Source of the DNA: Candidatus Gastranaerophilales bacterium
GTDB taxonomy: Bacteria > Cyanobacteriota > Vampirovibrionia > Gastranaerophilales > JANQFW01
Length of the DNA: 64,000 nt
Assembly: GCA_028280605.1 (NCBI GenBank)
Contig: JANQLL010000205.1
Coordinates: 12,725-76,724, forward strand
Direction: 5' to 3'
Part shown: piece by piece, positions 59,677-64,000 of the stretch
Position numbering within the stretch: position 1 is the first letter of the stretch
How the letters are laid out: each line of letters begins with the position of its first letter
The notes under the pieces: model-generated
Seen by the model: the letters and a program-made list of their open reading frames with translations, nothing else
What the model was told of the DNA's origin: nothing
Databases searched by the model: none
Translations under genes and position numbers: made by a program

Positions 59677-59721
59677 CTTGCTTATTTATATAAAAACAAA
59701 CTAATCTATAAAATTGCTATA
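59677..59721 (-). promoter_or_regulatory. Paralog-array upstream motif, copy 5 (upstream of S1)
   Basis: cttgcttatttatataaaaacaaactaatctataaaattgctata. Confidence 0.55.
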
Positions 59722-59725
59722 CTAA

Positions 59726-59822
59726 CTCAAAAATACTTTTCAGATTATTCAATCGTGTTAAATCTGATAAAATAGGCTATATTCTGAAAAGAGTAATCAA
59801 AAATTTAATTGAGAACCTGTAT
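59726..59822 (-). repeat. Dispersed TTTCAGATTA hairpin element, copy g (reverse orientation)
   Basis: ctcaaaaatacttttcagattattcaatcg...ttctgaaaagagtaatcaaaaatttaattgagaacctgtat. It abuts motif copy 5. Confidence 0.85.
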
Positions 59823-59892
59823 ATATAGAATATTTTTTGAATTGATAAATTTTAATAAAAAACAGCTTTAAATAAAAAATAAAATAAAGCTC

Positions 59893-59921
59893 AAAAAAAT
59901 CCTCCCAAGAATAGGAGGATT
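59893..59921 (-). terminator. Terminator of P4
   Basis: AATCCTCC-caagaat-AGGAGGATT with a flanking A7 run. Confidence 0.75.
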
Positions 59922-59955
59922 ATATATTATAAATTAAGCACGTTATTGATTTTAA

Positions 59956-61218
59956 TTAAGCATTTTTGAACCAAACATCATTAACTTTTTGTTTTTGTCC
60001 GCTGCTGTCTGTATAAGACCCAAGCTGTCTGTGCTGAACATTACCGCTAAGCTGGCCGCGATCTGTATATCCTTGAGTATCTATGGATTTAACATCACCA
60101 AGAGCTTCAGGTCTTGTAGTGTTATTGCCACTAATCATTCCTAACTTGCCTTTTCCGGCTGATTCAAGAGCTTGATTAAGTTTTTGCACATCAACTTTAC
60201 CATTAGCATCAACTATTTGCATACCTGTTGCCTGTTGAGCGCTTTGTGCTACTTGTCTGAGCGCTTCAAATCCATTTTTTGCATTAATAGGTTGGTTTGT
60301 AAACGGATCAACAGTTTTATCTCCAAATACTTCAGTTCCATCAATTTTACCATTGCCGTTTCTATCACCCATTGTAAGCATCTTATCTCCGCCAACAGCT
60401 GCGCCATCAGCTCTGCCATCTCCGTTAACATCCACGCCCATACCATGTTGAGCACTAACTTTACCGTCTTTATTTGTATCAAGTATTAATGGAGAACTCG
60501 TTTTAGAACCTGAGCCGGCTTGCGATACACCATGTTTATCAGTTGTGATACCTTTAGGCTCTAATTCATTACTGCCGTCCGGCGCTTTGTTAATAGCTTT
60601 GTATTCACCTGGCTTTTCTTGCTGGTACAAACGAGGTTTACCATCTTTACCTTTACCAATAAGATATTTAGGCTTGCCATCAGACCCTTTTGCTTTTAAA
60701 TCAAGCCCCTTAGCTCTATTTCTATCTTCCGGACTAAGCGACTTTAATAGCGGTGAACCACTACTTACAGGTCGTCTCGTAGTTACAGGCTTTTTAGCAA
60801 TGTCACTTGTTGAGCCTGTATCACCTGCTGAGCCACTACCACTTGTTGATGATGGTTCTTTACCTTTCAGAGCCAATATTAAATTTATAATTAAATTTAT
60901 GTTTATAGTAGGTGAACCGCTTGAATCTGATTGATTTGTTGCTCCACCAGAATTTTGAGTACCATTATTATTTGTTAATCCCCCAATACTAATAGTTGGT
61001 TTAAATACATTTTTGAAAACAGGTTTTCTACCTGTATGATTAAGCTTGTGTCCGCCAATATGCTTGTACTTAGGTCCGACATGCCTATGTTTGTGACCAA
61101 CATGATTGTGATTATTCCCATTGATAGTTTGACTAATATTATTGCCCCCAGTATTTTTATTTATTTGTTTCACGTTTGAAAATGGGGCAGATGAAATCTG
61201 AATTCTAGCTGCGCTCAT
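59956..61218 (-). CDS. Array paralog P4
   Basis: 420 aa. It has the family N-terminus (MSAARIQISSAPFSNVKQINKNTGGNNISQ), an His-rich patch, the ININLIINL box and the conserved C-terminal domain. Confidence 0.85.
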   Translation of the reverse strand: MSAARIQISSAPFSNVKQINKNTGGNNISQTINGNNHNHVGHKHRHVGPKYKHIGGHKLNHTGRKPVFKNVFKPTISIGGLTNNNGTQNSGGATNQSDSSGSPTININLIINLILALKGKEPSSTSGSGSAGDTGSTSDIAKKPVTTRRPVSSGSPLLKSLSPEDRNRAKGLDLKAKGSDGKPKYLIGKGKDGKPRLYQQEKPGEYKAINKAPDGSNELEPKGITTDKHGVSQAGSGSKTSSPLILDTNKDGKVSAQHGMGVDVNGDGRADGAAVGGDKMLTMGDRNGNGKIDGTEVFGDKTVDPFTNQPINAKNGFEALRQVAQSAQQATGMQIVDANGKVDVQKLNQALESAGKGKLGMISGNNTTRPEALGDVKSIDTQGYTDRGQLSGNVQHRQLGSYTDSSGQKQKVNDVWFKNA

Positions 61219-61250
61219 TAATATTCTCTCCTCTTCAGTCTCTTTTTAAT

Positions 61251-61395
61251 ACTTCTCATCAGTAAAAATTCAGATTACTCTTTAGAATGAGCTTCTAAAA
61301 AGTAAAATTAGCCATTTCACTTTTTAACGCTCCCGCATCGCAATTCAGAGGCTAGTTTATTCGATATTGAATAATCTGAAAAATACATTAGTAAG
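61251..61395 (+). repeat. Dispersed TTTCAGATTA hairpin element, copy h, with a roughly 55-nt internal insertion, inside the P4 5' UTR region
   Basis: tacttctcatcagtaaaaattcagattactcttt...[insertion]...caattcagaggctagtttattcgatattgaataatctgaaaaatac. Confidence 0.7.
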
Positions 61396-61472
61396 TTAGT
61401 AGTATTGACCTTAATCTCTCCGGTAATATTGTAAGTTTTTCATCTCTCTTTCATATACTCTCTTTTTAAAAA

Positions 61473-61517
61473 CTCGCCTATCTATATAAAAACAATAAAG
61501 AATAAAGAATTGCCATA
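61473..61517 (-). promoter_or_regulatory. Paralog-array upstream motif, copy 6 (upstream of P4)
   Basis: ctcgcctatctatataaaaacaataaagaataaagaattgccata. Confidence 0.55.
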
Positions 61518-61555
61518 TAAAATATTTTTTAAGTCAATAAATAATAAATAAATGT

Positions 61556-61585
61556 CTAAAAAATCCTCCTATTTCTAGGAGGATT
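61556..61585 (-). terminator. Terminator of P5
   Basis: AATCCTCCTA-tttc-TAGGAGGATT with a flanking A run. Confidence 0.75.
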
Positions 61586-61626
61586 ATATATAGTAAATTA
61601 AGCACGTTAATATTTATTGATTAAAA

Positions 61627-62385
61627 TTAAGCTAACTTAAACGAAATACTATTACCGCCATCATTATTAGCGCCAAAAGTTGGCTGTGTATTTTTAGGAG
61701 TCGTCTTTACTGTTGATACTCCGTGTTGATCAGTTTGGATGTTTGGATTTTGACCTAACTGTAAACGTTGTTTTTGACCATTTGCATCTCTTGATACTGT
61801 TTTATACTTCCCCGGCTGCCTTCGACTCTGTTTAAATAAACGAGGCTTATCATCTTTACCATTTGCTATAAGGTACATAGGCTTGCCATCTTGTCCTTTA
61901 GCAGTAATATCATTATTTTCAGCAAACTTTTTGTCAGCTCCGTTTAAAAGGTTAAGCATTGGACTTTGTCCGGTTTGTTTTGTTGCGGCTTGTTTACCGG
62001 TAGTTGTAGCAGCAGGACTTGTATTAGAAGTTGCACTTGCCGGCTGTGCAGCACCTTTACCCTTCAACTTCTTACATAATAAATTTAAAATTAAATTTAT
62101 ATTTATATTAGGTGAACCACTTGAGCCTGATTTTGTTGGAGAACCTGGCTTTGCAGACGGGTCGGATTGTAAGGGTGAACCTCCCAAATTAATGGATGGC
62201 TTAAATACGTTTTTAAAAATAGGAGCACCCGACTTGGGAGCTTCTTTACCTGAAGTATTTTTGGCAAGAGTTTTGCCAGCAGGCTTTTGATTAATATCTA
62301 ATTTATTCCTATTGTCCTTTCCGCCATTTTTATTTAACTGTTTAACTAAGGGGTTAGGTAAAACACTTGTTTTTGCTGCACTCAT
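61627..62385 (-). CDS. Array paralog P5, truncated form lacking the Ca-binding C-terminal domain
   Basis: 252 aa. It shares the N-terminal boxes (PIFKNVFKPSINLGG, NININLILNLLCKKLKGKG, SPMLNLL..., DGKPMYLIANGKDDKPRLF, QTDQHGVSTV) and then ends where the other paralogs continue with SPLILD... Confidence 0.75.
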   Translation of the reverse strand: MSAAKTSVLPNPLVKQLNKNGGKDNRNKLDINQKPAGKTLAKNTSGKEAPKSGAPIFKNVFKPSINLGGSPLQSDPSAKPGSPTKSGSSGSPNININLILNLLCKKLKGKGAAQPASATSNTSPAATTTGKQAATKQTGQSPMLNLLNGADKKFAENNDITAKGQDGKPMYLIANGKDDKPRLFKQSRRQPGKYKTVSRDANGQKQRLQLGQNPNIQTDQHGVSTVKTTPKNTQPTFGANNDGGNSISFKLA

Positions 62386-62457
62386 TAATACTCTCCTCTT
62401 TATATATATTTAATAAAGACCTCAATCTCATTCTATTATTTGTTAATTAAATATTTT

Positions 62458-62685
62458 CCCTGCGCTAAACGCAAAAATTTTCTTTATTAATACTTAAAAT
62501 GCCTCTGTAGTAATTGCAGAATTTTTCTTTATTAATACTTAAAATGTCTCTATGGTAATAGCAGAATTTTTCTTTATTAAATACTGTAACTTCTTTGTGT
62601 TAATCACAAAGTTTCTCATTATTAATACTATAATTTCTATGTGGTAACAGTGGAATTATTTATTATTGGTAGATATTTTATGGGA
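62458..62685. repeat. About 5 tandem copies of a roughly 45-nt unit in the P5 5' UTR
   Basis: Each unit is a short hairpin (tgcg-ctaaa-cgca, ctat-ggta-atag, tgtg-ttaat-caca ...) followed by (g)aatttttctttattaatacttaaaatg. Confidence 0.75.
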
Positions 62686-62726
62686 TAGAATTATTATTTA
62701 TCTTTCTATTATATTTTTATTAAAAA

Positions 62727-62771
62727 CTCGCTTATTTATATAAAAACAATTAAGAATATAAAATTGCTATA
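62727..62771 (-). promoter_or_regulatory. Paralog-array upstream motif, copy 7 (upstream of P5)
   Basis: ctcgcttatttatataaaaacaattaagaatataaaattgctata. Confidence 0.55.
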
Positions 62772-62888
62772 TAAAATATTTTTTATTTATAGTTTTCGCA
62801 AAAAAAAGCCCCCTTACTTAGGAGACTTTATATAACTAATCATGTTATTTATAAATTAAGCTTACTTTTAATTTAATATCACTTGAAA

Positions 62889-63626
62889 CTAATTCACCAT
62901 TATTTTTTCACCGGTCTTAGGATCTTGTTCTACCCAGCTATTAGCTTTATTCCATGCTGGCAGATTGCCGGATGATGTATCTTTTGGTGTATTACCTGGA
63001 AGGGATGTGCTAACAATAGAGTCCTGTGGAGTATCAGATGTACCTGTAGGTGTAGCTTTTGAAGTATCACTTACGGGCTTTTTAGTGCTGGATGGATCTT
63101 GTGATGGACTGCCGCCCTTACCTTTTAATACATTAAGAATTTGTTTTAAGAGTTTAATAATAGTCATTTGACCTTTACCACTACCACAATTATTATTTCC
63201 GTTAAATATATTTTGATTGGCATTTATTGGAGAACTACCGTCACTGTTTATAACTTGACTTGCATTAACCGGTGAGCCGTCACTACCACTATTTATAACT
63301 TGATTTGCATTTATTGGTGAGCCGTCACCGCCGCTATTTATAACTTGATTTGCATTAACCGGTGAACCGTTACCACCGCTATTTATAACCTGATTTGCAT
63401 TAATCGGTGAACCGTTACTCTTAATTACTTCTGAACTTGAGCCGTTTGGTGACTGCTGTGTCTTTTTGATAAATCCTGGACCTGATTGAGTTACGGACTT
63501 GCCTGTAGGAAATATACTTTTGCTGCCTGGTGTTTTATCTGAAGAGCCTTCTGTAATTCTTTTAGTTGTTCTTTTGTGCCAATATTTTGTTTTAAACTTA
63601 AATTTAAATTCTGATTTTTTACACAT
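62889..63626 (-). CDS. Array short member S2: basic N-terminus plus 16-aa GSP(I/V)NANQVINSGG repeats
   Basis: 245 aa with a GAGGAGAG SD and an MCKK start like S1. It has 4-5 tandem 48-nt repeats. The MTIIKLLKQILNVLKGKGG box resembles the family ININLIINLLCKKLKGKG box. Confidence 0.65.
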   Translation of the reverse strand: MCKKSEFKFKFKTKYWHKRTTKRITEGSSDKTPGSKSIFPTGKSVTQSGPGFIKKTQQSPNGSSSEVIKSNGSPINANQVINSGGNGSPVNANQVINSGGDGSPINANQVINSGSDGSPVNASQVINSDGSSPINANQNIFNGNNNCGSGKGQMTIIKLLKQILNVLKGKGGSPSQDPSSTKKPVSDTSKATPTGTSDTPQDSIVSTSLPGNTPKDTSSGNLPAWNKANSWVEQDPKTGEKIMVN

Positions 63627-63810
63627 ATGACTACTCTCCTCAATGCATTTATTCTGTAATGTACTAAACGTATTGTTAAATCATTATGCTATTTACTTAA
63701 CTGGTAATATTTATTGATAATGCTATACTAAATTATGATTAATGTATGGCATTTAAACTATACAAAAACCTTTTAATAACAGGTAATAGATAAATTTAAA
63801 AAGATATATA

Positions 63811-63912
63811 TACTACTCATCAATTAAATTTCAGATTACTCTTTTCAGAGAGTAGTTTATTTTAATAACTTTAACTCGATTTAATAATCTGAAAAGTATT
63901 TTAGAGGGAGTA
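63811..63912 (+). repeat. Dispersed TTTCAGATTA hairpin element, copy i (best forward copy)
   Basis: tactactcatcaattaaatttcagattactcttttcagagagtag...cgatttaataatctgaaaagtattttagagggag. TATACTACT occurs at both edges. A further degenerate mini-copy follows at about 63925..63975. Confidence 0.85.
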
Positions 63913-64000
63913 TACTACTGATCTACTAAATTGCTCATTTAAACTTTTTAATAATCAAAAAAGTATTATAAGTGTTAGTATAAATGCTTTTTAAGTGGTA

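Noticed and set aside
62458-62685. Tandem repeats considered as a CRISPR array.
   Set aside because: The units are contiguous with no unique spacers. The period of about 45 nt is AT-rich with degenerate copies. No cas genes or leader are present.

Overview
AT-rich bacterial chromosome segment. KdsB and a BamB-like lipoprotein suggest a diderm; I cannot assign a taxon from sequence alone. The core genes are an rpsB-tsf operon, otsA, an eight-gene argC-argJ-argB-argD-carA-carB-argG-argH operon, rpsL-rpsG-fusA, gap, tpiA, alr, rpiB, tsaC, hup, kdsB, a Xer-type recombinase, a FliA/WhiG-type sigma factor and two tRNAs (Ala-GGC, Leu-UAA). The accessory content is as follows. (1) A HaeIII-like restriction-modification cassette plus Vsr sits directly behind argH. 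(2) There is a decayed IS630 copy. (3) A roughly 10-kb tandem array (53.3-63.7 kb, probably continuing past the window end) holds seven paralogous genes, each a separate unit with a conserved upstream motif, long 5' UTR, strong SD and hairpin terminator. Five of them encode proteins without signal peptides, and four of those share a roughly 190-aa C-terminal domain with EF-hand-like Ca-binding loops. (4) A roughly 95-nt hairpin-forming intergenic repeat occurs at least 11 times. (5) Other small repeats are present. The observations I rate highest are these. First, a 21-codon leader ORF with an RSRRR run lies between a good sigma-70-type promoter and a GNRA-capped terminator upstream of argC, with an alternative antiterminator pairing; this would be arginine attenuation. 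Second, four close matches to the sigma-28 promoter consensus occur, two of them driving tandem roughly 60-nt terminator-ended C-rich candidate sRNAs. All calls rest on reading the sequence and on remembered family motifs; no searches or folding programs were run.
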